DNA from: the human T2T-CHM13v2.0 reference genome, Homo sapiens
Strand: one strand, 5' to 3'
Assembly: GCF_009914755.1 (NCBI RefSeq)
Contig: NC_060932.1
DNA length: 64,000 bases
Positions 12,200 through 29,411 of this stretch are shown here, one piece after another (within the stretch, counting starts at the first letter, position 1; each line of letters opens with the position of its first letter). The notes under the pieces are model-generated. The model saw only the letters and a program-made list of their open reading frames with translations, was not told where the DNA came from and ran no database searches. Both the position numbers and the translations under genes were made by a program.

Positions 12200-12605
12200 G
12201 AACACTTTGTACCCTCTCCTTCATATCAGATAGGTAGGGATCTGATTGGATTGCATAAAGTCGGCTTTGCCAAAGTGAAGCATTTATGGATTGGAATTTG
12301 GGAAGGGAGTAAGGGTGGGGTGTTTGTTCTTCGTGTTTCCTCCCTGACAGTGTGCTGTGGGTGAACAGTGCCTCTCTGCTGAAGGTCACAGTTTCTGTCA
12401 AGTGTCCCCCTTCATACAGTCACCCTCATGGGGTTCTAGCAAGCACCCCTACTCTTTCATACTCAGGCTCAGGAGTGATAGGTAGAGTTCCCTTTTTTTT
12501 GCTAGATACTAGTTATTGTGTTGGTTTCTTGGATCCTGGCCCACATCTCTGTAAATAGTCTTTTCTTGAATTACCCACTTATAGTATGGACTCTGGCTGA
12601 CTCAA
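12200..12605 (+). mobile_element. LTR33-like ERVL LTR
   Basis: ctgaaggtcacag...caggctcaggagtgata...cctggcccacatctctgtaaatagtc...ctgactca resembles LTR33. Confidence 0.6.
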
Positions 12606-14349
12606 ACATCTAGTACAGTAATTGGTTATTTACCTAATAAAATCAAGTGGAATCCTAGTGGAAAAACAAAAGAAGGGTCAAGAAAAGATAGAAATGGGAA
12701 GGGGGCAAGCCTTTCCTCTTTGAGTGAAACCAAGTAATAACTTCATGTTGTTAGGAGCTGCACACTAGTTTTATACACTTGGGGTGATATATACCTGTGT
12801 GCCTAGAGGTTAGGTACCCTCAGATTTCTGGACTTATATATAGAGAGAGTGTAAAGTGAAAAGGATGGATAATAGGGTGAAAAGCCAAATTTTGTTTTGA
12901 TTTATGTTCCTAGCCCTCCACTCTCAATTTAAATGCAAGAAGAGAACTTAATTTTTGTTTCTTGACATCTCAGAGGTCAGTATCATCAATATGACCTCTT
13001 TTTCTTTTTTTTTTTTAACCTTCTCATTTTCACTTGGAGGAAATACGTTTCTGTAGATACATTCTACAGAACACTTTTGTATCTAATAGTGGTGATTGTG
13101 GTTTCAATGGTTAAATTTATACCATGTGTCGATAAAAACATAACTATAATTTTTCTATAAAACTTAGAAGAGCTATCAAGTCCTTCTCCATATGCATTAT
13201 AAACATTCATTGAAATCAAGTTCATGAAATGCATAGATGTAAATACGTGGTAGGATTAAAAAGGCTTTTATATATCAATAATTTTGCCCATGTAATGTGA
13301 TTTGTGAACATGTTTTTTATCAAAGATATTTTATTTTCTCAATAAATTATTATGCAACATCCCACTAAAATTTTGATGAAGAGAAATATGGTGAAGAGAA
13401 TCATAAGGAGATAAACTTGTATGTAATGTTATTGGAGTACCAATCAGACTATGTATGATAGAGATAAAAATAACTACAAGGTAAAGCAAAAGTGATTTTT
13501 AGAAGTATAGGGTTTTAAAAAAGTTATTTTAAAGAGGTCTAAATTTTTATTCAGTTAAATCCTTAGCATAAGTTATCTGCTGAACTAAATGGAAAGTGTA
13601 TACATTAATGTCTTAAATATCTTATAATCTGTACAGCTACTGCCTTTTATAAAACTTAAACTGCTAGCTTAGAAGAATTATTCAATATATTTATCTACGT
13701 GGTGGGGCTTATATTGAAATTTCACATCTCTTTTGGAGAAAAATGTTTTATATTTTTGAATGATTTTTAAACAATTTAGTAATACTACTATTTCTAATAA
13801 CAGGAATTATAATCAGTGCTTCTCCTAACAGTTAATTTTTAATTACTTTATTAAACATTATTTGGTGATAATTTTAAAAGCAATTCTAGTGAAACTCGCA
13901 CAACATATATTTGATGTATATGATTTATATTTCTCTGTTAATGACACTGACTTCATTATATCTTTGTCATTAAACACTATAATGTGTATTTATTTAGCTG
14001 TATATTTAATTTTATTTAAAAAACACATTTTGGCAGGAGGGTGGGCAGTAGATGGGTAATGTTGTGCTGGTGGGTAGTTCAAGGCACACACAACACTATA
14101 TTTAACAATGAGAAAAGTGCATGTTAATCCTTGGCACTTTGAGCACATTTAGTGTGTGCTGTAAAGATGTATAGTATATTTACAAATATTTGCATATTTG
14201 CAATCAGAGTAATATTTCTTAATAAGCAGGAAATATGACTATTAGAGATTGAGATATTCATTTAGACAGAATAAAAATAATCTTATCTGATAATTGATTT
14301 TCCTACAGGAAATGAATGGCTTATGCTAAATTGAGAACATGGAGTATAT

Positions 14350-14895
14350 ACATTCAATGTAGTATATACCTACCATGGAATACTATTCAGATTTTTAAAA
14401 GTACGTAATCCTGCCATATGCAATGACATGAATGAACCTGAAGGATAGTATACTAAGTGAATAAGCCAGGCACAGTACAAATGAGTAGAGTAGAATGGTG
14501 GTTGCCAGGGCTCGGGTAAGGGGGAAATGGAGAATTGATGTTCAATAGGTATAGTGTTTCAGTTACACAAGATAAACAAGTTCTATACATATGCTCTTCA
14601 ACATTGTGCCTATAGTTAACAATACTGCATTGTGCATTCAAAAATTTTGAGTGTAGATCTCCTGTTAAGTGTTCTTACCACAGAAATCAGCCCAAGCACA
14701 CAAATAAACAAACAAAATAGAACAAACAAACCAACACCCAAAGGTGCATGAGGAAACTTTTGAAGGTGATATGTGTATTTATTACTTTGTCATGATGGCA
14801 TTACAGATAAATGCATATTTCCAAACTCATCAGAGTATACGCATTAAATATGCACAGTTTTTAAATGTGTCAATTATACCTCAATAAAACTATTT
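14350..14895 (+). mobile_element. L1MB1/L1MB2-like 3' end
   Basis: tggaatactattcag...agaatggtggttgccaggg...acattgtgcctatagttaacaatactg...caattatacctcaataaa. Confidence 0.85.
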
Positions 14896-15589
14896 TTTTA
14901 AAGAGCAATATATGAGATCTTATTTATTATGTAGGTTTTGGTGAGCATGAGGTGAGGAAATTATAGGATCCTATATGTTGCATTTTTTTCAGCTTCAGAG
15001 TGCTGAAAAGCTAATTTAAAATGTCCCTACGAGGCACAGAGGACTATGAAAACCATTTAAAATGAGTTTAAGAAGATTCAGAAAATTCTCAGTGTGGGAA
15101 AAAAAAAAAATCTTTTAATTGGGAAATTTTGTAGGTTTGTGCTATGGGCCATGTAAGTAATAGAGAAAGGTTTGCAGGCGAGTGAGACAGGTTGAGATAA
15201 GTGTTGTGTTGACCTAAAAGCTAAGAGATTCAACTCCAGACCATGACATGGCTTAGAGGTAATACTTGGAAACCTCTTCTTTTTTAAAAATTTATTACTG
15301 GAAGGGATTTGACACTCATTCTCTGATAACAGCAAGAGGATAAAGCCTTGGGCTGACCAAGCACATGTTATTGGAGTTTCATCTTAATTACTCAAAGGAG
15401 CTTTACGTTTCACACGGGTAGAGTTAGATGCTGAGAATGCCAGATAAAATATTAAGTATTGTGAGAATGCACAAATATGGCTTAGTGTCTTCATAAAGAG
15501 TCTATTGCAAATGTAATAATTATTTCCTCTGTCATGAAATTTCAAGATGTTAGTTTCAACATCAGTTTATTGTGGGTTAAGAAGCATTT

Positions 15590-16310
15590 TTATTTATCTA
15601 ATTTTTACATTAGCAAATAAAGTTATACGTATTTATAAACATATAAATGTTGTTCAACATGATGCTTTGATGTATTTATATTGTGGAATGGCAAAATAAG
15701 CTAATTAACACATGCATTACCTCACATACTTATTTTTTTGTAGTAAGAACTCTTAAAAATCTAATTTCTTACCAATTTTCAAGTATGGGCACACATCAGA
15801 GATATCACAGGTTCAATTCCAGACCACAAAAATGAAGCTAATATTACAATAAATTGAGTCACGAATGTTTTGGTTTCCCAATATGTATAAAAGTTATGTT
15901 TATACTATACTGTAATATATTAAGTGTACAATACCATTATGTCTTAAAACTGTATACACCTGAATTAAAAATACTTATTGCTGACATATGCTAACAAAGA
16001 GAGCACATGCTTTTGGAAAATTGTCATCAATAGACTCGCTAGAAGCAAAGTTGCCAGTGATGTTCAATTTGATAAAAAAAAGGTAATATCTCATAAGTGA
16101 AATAAAGTAAAATGGAGTAAAATGAGATATGCCTCTATGTGATATTAGTTATTAACCATACCCATCTTGGTGTCTGATAGACCTCTTAAATTTATTGTTC
16201 CTAAATTTAATTTTGTATCCTTTCACCAGCATCTCCCAAATTCGCCAAATCCCTAGCCTCTGGTAACCACCATTTTGTTCTCTGCTTCTATGAGTTCAAT
16301 TTTTTCAGAG
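15590..16310 (-). mobile_element. L1MA-type 3' end, interrupted by Tigger1
   Basis: aagctaattaacacatgcattacctcacatact...ttttcaagta on the left and ttattaacc...cctagcctctggtaaccaccatt...tatgagttcaattttt on the right. Confidence 0.8.
15786..16135 (-). mobile_element. Internally deleted Tigger1 (TcMar) DNA transposon
   Basis: Both TIR-bearing ends (gggcacacatcagagatatcacaggttcaattccagaccac and aaatgagatatgcctc). TA TSDs at 15784-85 and 16136-37. Confidence 0.85.
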
Positions 16311-16699
16311 GATTGAAATTATTTTAAAAGTATTTTCAAATGGGCTTGTTACCTTGCTTTTAATTCATTTATTCAACAATTATCACCAGGCACCCATCTT
16401 GCTAGTGAGGGTATGAAGACAAGGATTTTAACCACTAAATCCTCATAGTATATTGGCAGAAACAGATCAGAATAGTTCATACATTGAAGTGTGGTGAATC
16501 GTATACAATGGTCTATACACAAAACATCATGAAAGTATAAGAAGCGGTTCAGGGAAGGATATCTAGAGGTAATTCTAAGAGTCTGAAAAACATGTTTTTC
16601 CTCTGTGAGTGGCAACTTAACTACACAGCAAGAAATGATTCAAATGATTTATACAGAGGAATACAAAAGGACTACAAGGAAACCTTAACCTGTTTTTAG

Positions 16700-17200
16700 T
16701 AATCACATTGTCAGTAATAACATCATAGGCACTGTGATTCTGAAACTATTATACAGTGATAGAGAAAATTAGAGTTTATGTTAGTCATTAAGAACTAAGA
16801 ATTCCAGAAGAAAATAGCAAAAATAAAATCAAGACCTTATGTAAAACCCTGTACTCCTAATTTGAATTGAAAATCAGTATTTTTAATGCATTTTTAAAAT
16901 AGTATTTCCTATTTCAAATCAATGTAAAGACCTAAAAACATTACCAACCCAATGGCATAAACCCACAGGTCTAGATTGTGGTCTCTAAATGTTATTTCAC
17001 AGAAGAATATGATGCAATAGGAAGTACTCAATACCATCTATGAAATATTCTGCAAATAAATAAGTAAATAAATGAATAGCCTCTAGATACAACTTCTATT
17101 CCAAGAAATTTATTCTATTTAGAGAAATGTATTAACAACACAGAAATGAAATCATCAAAATATAGAAGATGGTAAATTCTGCACTACAATGGATCAGTTT
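16700..17200 (+). mobile_element. Old L1MC-type 3' region
   Basis: gtaaaaccctgtactcctaatttgaattg and ctagattgtggtctctaaa resemble L1MC4/5. Confidence 0.5.
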
Positions 17201-17785
17201 CCCATATTCCATATTGGCCAGAAGTAGATTTCAACAATTATTTAATGACTTTTGGATTTTGGAACAAAATTTTTCTAAGGAAGAAAAGGAACTAAGAAAG
17301 TAAGATTTAGTATACTTCTTAATAATCTGTATTTACTAATAGCACAAATATATTTTTATTGCTTTTTAAATGTCTTTATTTTTTTCTGGATTATAAACTT
17401 CATGAGGGTCATGTTATCTGGTTAACAGTTATAACACTAGCTACAGTTCATGTAGCATTGAGATGCTTTATTAAATTTTGTCAGCTAAAACAAACGAACA
17501 AACAAAAAACAAAATAAGTAAGCAAAACAAAGAAGGTTTGAAGGAATTGTGGCATAGAGAGAAATGCTATGTATTAGATTCCTGGGGCCTAGGAAACTGA
17601 TTTCCTAAACAAGTTGAAGTTTTTTTGTCAGCACCAAAAATTTCTTTTTCATACCTATTCTATATTCCCTTACAGAGTTAACAATGTGGTTACTTAGCTG
17701 ACATCACACTCTTACATATAATTTAACATGCATAAAGCTTGAAAGTTTTGTACTGTAATATTGATAGAACAAAGTACCTATATTC

Positions 17786-17869
17786 ACATATGTTATATGT
17801 TTTATTTAGAGGTAAATTTTCTTCTACATATGTTATATGTTTTATTTAGAGGTAAATTTTCTTCTACAT
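17786..17869. repeat. Perfect 40-bp tandem duplication
   Basis: acatatgttatatgttttatttagaggtaaattttcttct at 17786 and 17826. Confidence 0.95.
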
Positions 17870-18277
17870 TGCCAGTGAGGGGATTGCTCCATTTATACTT
17901 GTTTCTTCGCTAATACGTGAATTATCCATATTCTTTTATATTGTTTAATTGCTAATGTTCCTTTGCTTAAAATTTTCCAATAAGGTGAAATATTACTTAA
18001 AGTTTGAGTTAATTCATATGCTACCTCTGCTGTGAGGCTCCTCTTATCAGATGACATCAATATGAAATAATCTTTGCTCTCAGGAAAATTCATACCTTAA
18101 TTATAACACTGTTCTCACTTGCATCATAATAATTTATTGACATATTAGCTATAATGAGAACTTTATGCATTATCTATATCTTATACACATTTTTGTCCAG
18201 ACTACTCAGGGCAATACTTGGAATAACGAATGGCTGGTCATTACTGAAAGGGCAACAGTAAGAGTCTAAAACCTAAC

Positions 18278-21929
<3,652 letters not shown>

Positions 21930-22203
21930 TATATATGTTATAGATATGATTGACCTTAGTTTCATCAAGGTATTTGATATTATCTTTAATGATATGGAGA
22001 GACAAGATTGAAAAATGTAAACGATATTTTTCAAATGAAAAAGTGGAGATTTTTGGAATAAAATAAAAATCATGGTAAGGATACATATGTGAAAATGAAA
22101 AATCCTTGGGCTATGTTGACAGTAAAAATATGATACCTAGTGATACTAAGAAAAGTTTTCACAAATGTCGAAGAGTCTCATTATGGTTGTGAAAAAAATT
22201 TCA

Positions 22204-22575
<372 letters not shown>

Positions 22576-22683
22576 TTACTTTCTAGAGTGAAAACATTAG
22601 TTTGAGCATTAGAGATTGAGAGGGAATGACAAATTTTAGGACAAGACATTGTATCAAACTGAGTCCAATTAAGAGAGAGAGAA

Positions 22684-23921
22684 TGTTATCTATCTGTTCG
22701 GGGATTCGTTTTTTTCCTGGTTCAGTTTTGGCAGGGTGTATGTGTCCAGGAATTTATCAATTTCTTCTAGAATTCCTAGTTTGTGTGTATAGAGGATTTC
22801 ATAATATTCTCTGATGGTTATTTGTATTTCTGTGGGGTCAGTGATAATATCCCCTTTGTCATTTCTAATTGTGTTTACTGGGTTCTTCTCTCTTTTCTTC
22901 TTTATTAGTCTAGTTAGCAGTCTTTCTATTTTATTAATTTTTTTTCCAAATACCATCTCTGCATTCATCGATTTTTTGAATGGTTTTTCATGTCTCTGTC
23001 TCACTTAGTTCATCTCTGCTTTTGGTTATTTCTTGTCTTCTGCTATCTTTGGGGTTGGGTTACTCTTGCTTCTCTAGTACTTTTAGTTGTGATGTAAGGC
23101 TGTTGATCTGAGATCTTTCTAACTTTTGATGTGGACGTTTAGTGCTGTGAATTTGCCTCTTAACACTGCCTTAGCTGTGTCCCAGAGATTCTGGTATGTT
23201 ATATCTTTGTTCTCATTAGTTTCAAAGAACTTGATTTCTGCCTTAATTTCATTATTTACCCAAAAGTCATTCAGGAGCAGGTTATTCAATGTCTATGTAA
23301 TTGTATGGTTTTGAGTGATTTTCCTCCTTTTGATTTCTAACTTTCTTGTGCTGTGGTCCTAGTGATACCTAAAAATAGAATTGCCATTCAATCCAGTAAT
23401 CTCATTACTGGGTATATACCCAATGGAGTTAAATCATTTTATCATAAAGAAACATGCAGGCATACATTAATTGCAGCACTATTCACAATAGCAAAGACAT
23501 GGAATCAACCTAAATGCCCAGCAATGGTAGACTGGATAAATAAAATGTGGTTCATATACACCATGGAACACTATGTAACCATAAAAAGAATGAGATCATG
23601 TCCTTTGCAGGAACATGGATGAAGCTGGAAGCAATTATCCTTAGCAAAGTAATGCAGGAACAGAAAACCCATACCACATTGTTCTCCCTTATAAGTGGGA
23701 GCTAATGATGACAACAAACGGACACCTAGAGGGGAAAAACACATACTGGGGCCTATCAGAAGGTGGAGGGTAGGAGGAGGGAGAGAATCAGGAAAAATAA
23801 CTAAAGGGTAGTAGGCTTAATACCTAGGTGACAAAATAATCTGTATATCTAACCCCATGACACAAGTTTACCTATATAACAAACCTGCAAATATAACCCC
23901 AAACTTAAAATGAAAGTTACA
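22684..23921 (+). mobile_element. L1PA13-like LINE-1 with 5' inversion (twin priming)
   Basis: Antisense ORF2 piece 22687-23358, sense 3' end 23360-23921. TSD aagagagagagaa at 22671-22683 and 23922-23934. Confidence 0.85.
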
Positions 23922-24071
23922 AAGAGAGAGAGAAGTCACATAGTAATCTGAACAAACAATATAGAAAATTATTAAATTATAACAAGATATTGGACTATGG
24001 AGCAATTAGCTTGTAAGAACACTAATGAGCACAGCAATAGCAGATATATGATATAATAGCACATACTATAT

Positions 24072-24478
24072 GCACTAGCTTGCTAAAGCTACCATAACAA
24101 AATACCGCAGACTAAGTGGCTTAAACAACAGATTTTTTTTTCCTCACAGTTCTGGAGGCTAGATATCCAATATCAAGGTGCTGTCAGGCTTCATCTCTTC
24201 TGAGACTTCTCTCCTTGGCTTGCAGATAGCTACCTTCTGGCCATGTTCTCACATGGCCTTTCCTTCATGTATACAAATCCCTGTGTCTCTTTGTATGTCC
24301 AAACTGCTTCTTCTTACAAAGGGTACCAATCAGATTGGATCAGGGCCGGCCCTAATGGCCTTCTTTAACTTAATCACCTCTCGAAAGGCCCTGTCTCCAA
24401 AATATAGTCATACCCTGAGGTAGCTGGAGTTATGGCTTCAACATAAGAATTATGGAGGAACAAGATTCAGCCCATAAC
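24072..24478 (-). mobile_element. MLT1B MaLR LTR
   Basis: ccataacaaaatacc...tcacagttctggaggctag...gattcagcccataac. Confidence 0.85.
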
Positions 24479-24543
24479 TATACTATACTATACTATACTA
24501 TACTATACTATACTATACTATACTATACTATACTATACTATAC
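24478..24543. repeat. (CTATA)n pentanucleotide microsatellite, about 13 units
   Basis: Directly visible. Confidence 0.95.
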
Positions 24544-25319
24544 ATGATAAATATAATACAATATGATATAGTTTAACATGATATAATAAACTAGCCACTA
24601 ACTCGAGACCTGGGTTAGAAAACTCTCGTAAGTGTCACTCCCTTCCTAAGGCTGAAGTCCAGACCCTGGTGTAGAAGATCTGCCTGCCATTCACTGGATG
24701 GTAAAGATGTTGCTGCAGTGCCCTACTGGTAGAATTGATGAGAAGTTGACCTTTGAAATTGCTGGAAATCTGCCTTCTGGGTTGCAGAAGAAAGCTGTTT
24801 CACTAGCAGAAGTCTGCTATAAAACCAACTGAAGGTGTTTGCTGGGGAAAGCATCTGGTGGCTGGTTGCTTCTGGCAGCTCTGCGCTGCAGGAACCAGAC
24901 AGGTGAGCATATTGAAACCAGGAAGCAAAACACTTTCCTCTCCAGACCGTCTAACGACAAAACTTTAGTGCCAACTAGCAAAAGATAAATGTTTAAGGGG
25001 CTCACATTCATTTTCACAGAGCAGTCAAAAGGGACACATTTAGTACCGAGAGGCTCCATAACAGGCACAGACATAGATCAAATCAGCTTGGAAAATAGTG
25101 ATGAGGGCAGTGATAATTGAACTGGTATATCTTATTGGGAAACAGATTAAAGAGGAAAGGAGAAAGTCTTTGACCTAGAAGATAGGAATTTGATTAGGAA
25201 CTAGAAATTTACTTGTTCTCACGACCTCTGAAATAAAATAGTAAATTCCTTATCTTACCATTTCTTCCGTAAAATACTCCTAAACAATTATTGAAGGAAA
25301 ATCTGTTTATCAGAAATTT

Positions 25320-25331
25320 ATCATCTATCTG

Positions 25332-25365
<34 letters not shown>

Positions 25366-25386
25366 ATCTATCTATCACCTATCTAT
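25320..25386. repeat. (TCTA)n tetranucleotide STR
   Basis: Directly visible. Confidence 0.95.
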
Positions 25387-26088
25387 TCATCTTCTTTAGT
25401 GAAATACATACATATATAAATACAGATATATACTATGAAAATATATAGAAAGTAAAAATATTGTGAGATGAATTAATATTGAGCATTGATTTATAAGACA
25501 CAAAGTTTTTATTGTGTTGAATGTTTGGCAAAGGACAAAGTAATGTGAAGATAAGGAGAAACTGAGGAAAAATATTTTTCTCTATTACTACAACAATTTT
25601 GTAAGGAAAACATTTATTTATTTATTTTTGCAAATTTCCTTCTATAAAGAAACTCTTTGCTGCTTATTTGTTTTATTATGTCAGTAATTTCTTTACTTCA
25701 GAGGAACCTTAAAAACATGTTTGTTGAGTTGTAGTCTACGTATCTCTTGTATTCAGAGTATACATTCTAAAAATCTGTAACTGTTTTGTGATTTTTTTAT
25801 TTTGTTCTCTCATTTATATTATATTGTACAGATAAAAAAAGTAAGCATATTCTAGATCAATTGGATGCTGTTTTGATAGTAGAATGTTCTCATATTGAAC
25901 ACCCAAATAAAAATGGGGGCAGTGAAATTGATCTTTTTGGCAATAATTAGTTTTACTCCAATAGTCAATGATAAATTGAAAAAACTTGTAGGAAAGTTAA
26001 TGTATAAATGACAGTAAGTGAAAGAAAATGCTATAATGATATACAAAGGTTTCTAAAATAGTTTGAATATGGAATAGTGGTAAGGGTA

Positions 26089-26835
26089 TGCTATGGTTAA
26101 TTTTATATGTTGACTTGACTGGGACATGGGATGCCCAGACATTTGGTCAAACATCCTAATTATGTTCATAAGGGTGTGTCTGGATAACATTAACATTTAA
26201 ATAGCTAAACTGAGTAAAGAAGATTGCCTTTCCTAATATGAATGGGACTAATCCAAGCAACTAAAGATCTGAACAGAACAAAAAAGTTGAGTAAAGTGGT
26301 ACTTCTTTTGGTGTTAATTTGCTAGAGATTATGGCCTCTAGTTCCATCCATGTTACTGCAAAGGACACAATTTCATTCTCTATTATGACTTCATTTCATA
26401 GTATTCTACACTCCAAACTTCAGCATCAGACATTATTCCCATGTAACGAATCTGCACATACGCACCCTGTATCTAAAGTCAAAGATGAAATAAAAATAAA
26501 GATACTTCTGGCTGACAGTTTGAGCTGTGTCATTTGTCCTTTTCCTGCTTTGAAACTCAAAATGACAATTTAGTTGTTCTTGTATCTCAAACCTGATGAC
26601 TTTCAAATTGAAGCTATTCCACAGGCTCTCCTGAGTCTCCAGCTTGCCAGCTGCAGATCTTGTAAGTCTTTCATACCTGTATGAGCCATTTCCTTACAGC
26701 AAATCTGTCTTTCTCCGTTTCTTTCTGTCTCTCTACACACACACACACACAGACACACACACACAGAAACACACACACACAAACACAGACACACACACTA
26801 TTGGTTCTGTTTCTCTAGAAAACCCTGACTAATCA
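26089..26835 (+). mobile_element. MLT2 (MLT2D-like) ERVL LTR with internal (CA)n and an L1 insert
   Basis: atggttaattttatatgttgacttgactgg start and ctattggttctgtttctctagaaaaccctgactaat end. Confidence 0.85.
26307..26500 (+). mobile_element. Very short inverted L1 (L1PA15/16-like) inserted in MLT2
   Basis: Antisense ORF2 end 26307-26408, sense 3' tip 26409-26500, degenerate TSD taaag..tacttct. Confidence 0.7.
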
Positions 26836-28349
26836 GATTTACACCATCGGTGTCATCTATATAGACATTTAGCTTCAGTTAAACAAAGCCATGCGCAACA
26901 TTACATTTGTTTTAATGTTGATGGTACTGATTTTACAGTTTTCTTTATATTTACCTTGTAAAAGTGTCTTAACTTTACAGTTGTGTAAGACAATGCATAA
27001 TAAATTTGTGACTTTTTATTGCTTTTTTAAAACAATTGCCCTTAACTCAAATGTTATACTTTTGATGTTTTTGCTTTTTTTGCTTTAAAATGCTTTAATG
27101 ACTCTCAGCCTTCTTCTGTTTTCCTATGGTAGCAAAAACTGCAGTATTTATAGCATCTCAATAGTACTTATATTTAATTAGCCACTGTGCATGTTGGTGT
27201 GTTTGAGAATGTATCAGGGAATATATATTTTGAGAGAATTTATAGCCAATATGTCTTGTTCTAAGAATAAAACTGTTATAAAAACTCAACATATTTCATC
27301 TCATCTAATATTAACATCAATTTATAAATTAGGATATACTGCTATACTCATTTTATAGAGAAATAGAATAAAATCTATGGGATGTGAAGATATATCTAAC
27401 TACCTTGAGTTACGGTGATCAGAGGAAGAGGTTATTTCTAAGCTGAGTCTACTTTAGGTAGTGAACTTTCATGGAAAATGACATAAAAGTTAATTCAAAC
27501 AGAAGGCCTAGCATAAATAAAGACCAGAGGGTGGGAAGAACCATATGCCATTGGCAAACTGCAATTATTTTGGCATGGGTGGAATTATGTTTTTTTAGTG
27601 GTATGTATGATCAGAATTTTGAGAGATTGGGACTTCTCAAAATTTGAGATATCATCTGAAAAGTTAGAATCCATTAATCTCTTATATTGCACCAGATACT
27701 GAAAAACCAAAATAAGAAGGAAAATTAAATGTATCAATTTTGAGAGCCAATGGTGTTTATAGTGGTGAACAGCCCAACCAAGAAAGATTTCTGATGACAA
27801 TTGGAAGATTTTTTAATATATAAGGCAGACATCTTTATTAACATAAGTAAAATGTAAATCGTTACATTAAATATATTAATGGATCATGTTAATTATTCAT
27901 GTTTATGTATCTTACTTCGAATTTTCCCAAGGCTAGAAGCTGTGACACATTTGAAGCAGGTTGCAGAAGTGACCTTCTTTTAATTTCTATGCATGTCTTT
28001 GAAATTTTTTTTATAGCTTAGAAAAGAGGTTTATCAACACTGGTTGGGATACAATAGTTTTCATGACTCAAGAGTAGGGAAAGGAACTTAACCATAAAAA
28101 GTGCATTGGGACTTATAAACAAGCCACGGTCTAAATTAAATGTGAGACAATCCAAACAAGAATGATGCTCCTGGCAGTCTTCTGAGCAGGTGAAAATTAT
28201 CCATTAATTATATCATGTCAGAGTAAGAAAAAAAGCTTAGGAACCACAATTTAGAGTCAAGGATTAAGAAAGGCAAAAGCTATTTTAGATAATTTTATTT
28301 ATAATAAACACACCTTACATGCTTTTTGTAAAGGATCATATCTATGCAT

Positions 28350-28800
28350 CTGTGTCAGTTATTCATAGCTAAATAACAAACTACACAAAATACACTGGTT
28401 TAACACAACAGTCATTTTATTATATTTCATTATATTGGAATTCAGGCAGAACTCAACTGGGCAATTCTTCTATTTCCTTTAACATCAATAAAGGCTACTC
28501 AGTGAAATCTTGGTGATAGACAGGCTGATCTGGAGGGTCCAAGATGGCTTTTCCCATAAGTCTTATGCCTTAGCAGAAATGACTGGAAGACTAGACTCCA
28601 GTGGGCTATTGAGTTCACCTACAAATATGGCCTCTCCAACATGGCAGGCTCAGGGTAATCATATCTCTTTTATGACAGTTCAGGAGGCCTAGAAATAGTG
28701 TTCTCGGTCTTATAATGTTACTTTCATCACATTCTATTGGTCCAGGATGTCATTAAAGTCAGCCTGGTTTCAAGACAAAGGGGATTTGAAGCATTTTTCA
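28350..28800 (-). mobile_element. MLT1H-like MaLR LTR
   Basis: ataacaaactac...ctgggcaattcttct...tctggagggtccaagatggctt...cacattctattgg. Confidence 0.7.
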
Positions 28801-28895
28801 ATGGTAGGAGTAATAACTTGTAGCTATCTTTACTATATCTGCTACTCATTATTGGCTTTGTATGTATGTTAACGTATATAATTTCATTGTCTTAC

Positions 28896-28939
28896 CTTTG
28901 AAAGTGGCGCACTTATGAAATAAGAGGTCAAGAATGAGA
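28896..28939 (-). other. Candidate minus-strand exon E (44 nt)
   Basis: cacactttttaatag| acceptor and AAG|gtaaga donor. Reads (S)LILDLLFHKCATFK. Confidence 0.3.
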
Positions 28940-29066
28940 CTATTAAAAAGTGTGCCACCCAATATATACCAGAAAATACTTTGACTCCACAGTATTTGAG
29001 AGATATAGTTCAAAGAAATTAAATAGCATTGTGTTTGTGCTTCCATTGTATATTGTTCAGTGAAAT

Positions 29067-29411
29067 GTGTGATGTGTGGCATAATGATGTTTTGGTCAAT
29101 GACAGACTGCATATATGATGGTGGTCCCAAGATATCATAATATATTTTTACTGTACCATTTCTATGTTTAGACATGTTTAGATCCACAAATACTTCCAAT
29201 TATGTTACAATTTCCTACACTATTCATTATAGTAACATGATGTACAGGTTTGTAGCCTAGAAGCAATAGGCTATACCATATAGCCTAGGTGTGTCATAGG
29301 CTTTACCATCTAGGTTAGTGTAAGAACACTCTATGATGTTCACACAACAATACAAACTCCTAATGATGCATTTCTCAGAATATATCCTTATTATTAAGCC
29401 ATATTTGACTG
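29067..29411 (+). mobile_element. Tigger3a (MER7A) DNA transposon
   Basis: Continuous match to the Tigger3a consensus, ending gactg|ta. Confidence 0.9.

Larger units (their letters stand above)
22650..25070. mobile_element. LTR78-like ancient LTR split by L1 and MLT1B insertions
   Basis: tgtatcaaactgagtccaatt at 22650 continues as cacatagtaatctgaac at 23937. The 24590-25070 part ends ttttcacagagcag...ataacaggcaca, resembling LTR78 as I recall it. Confidence 0.5.

Noticed and set aside
25259-25279. 21-nt minus-strand micro-exon (GVFYGRN) that would extend the spliced ORF
   Set aside because: Weaker donor (ATG|gtaaga), poor pyrimidine tract, and too short to distinguish from chance.
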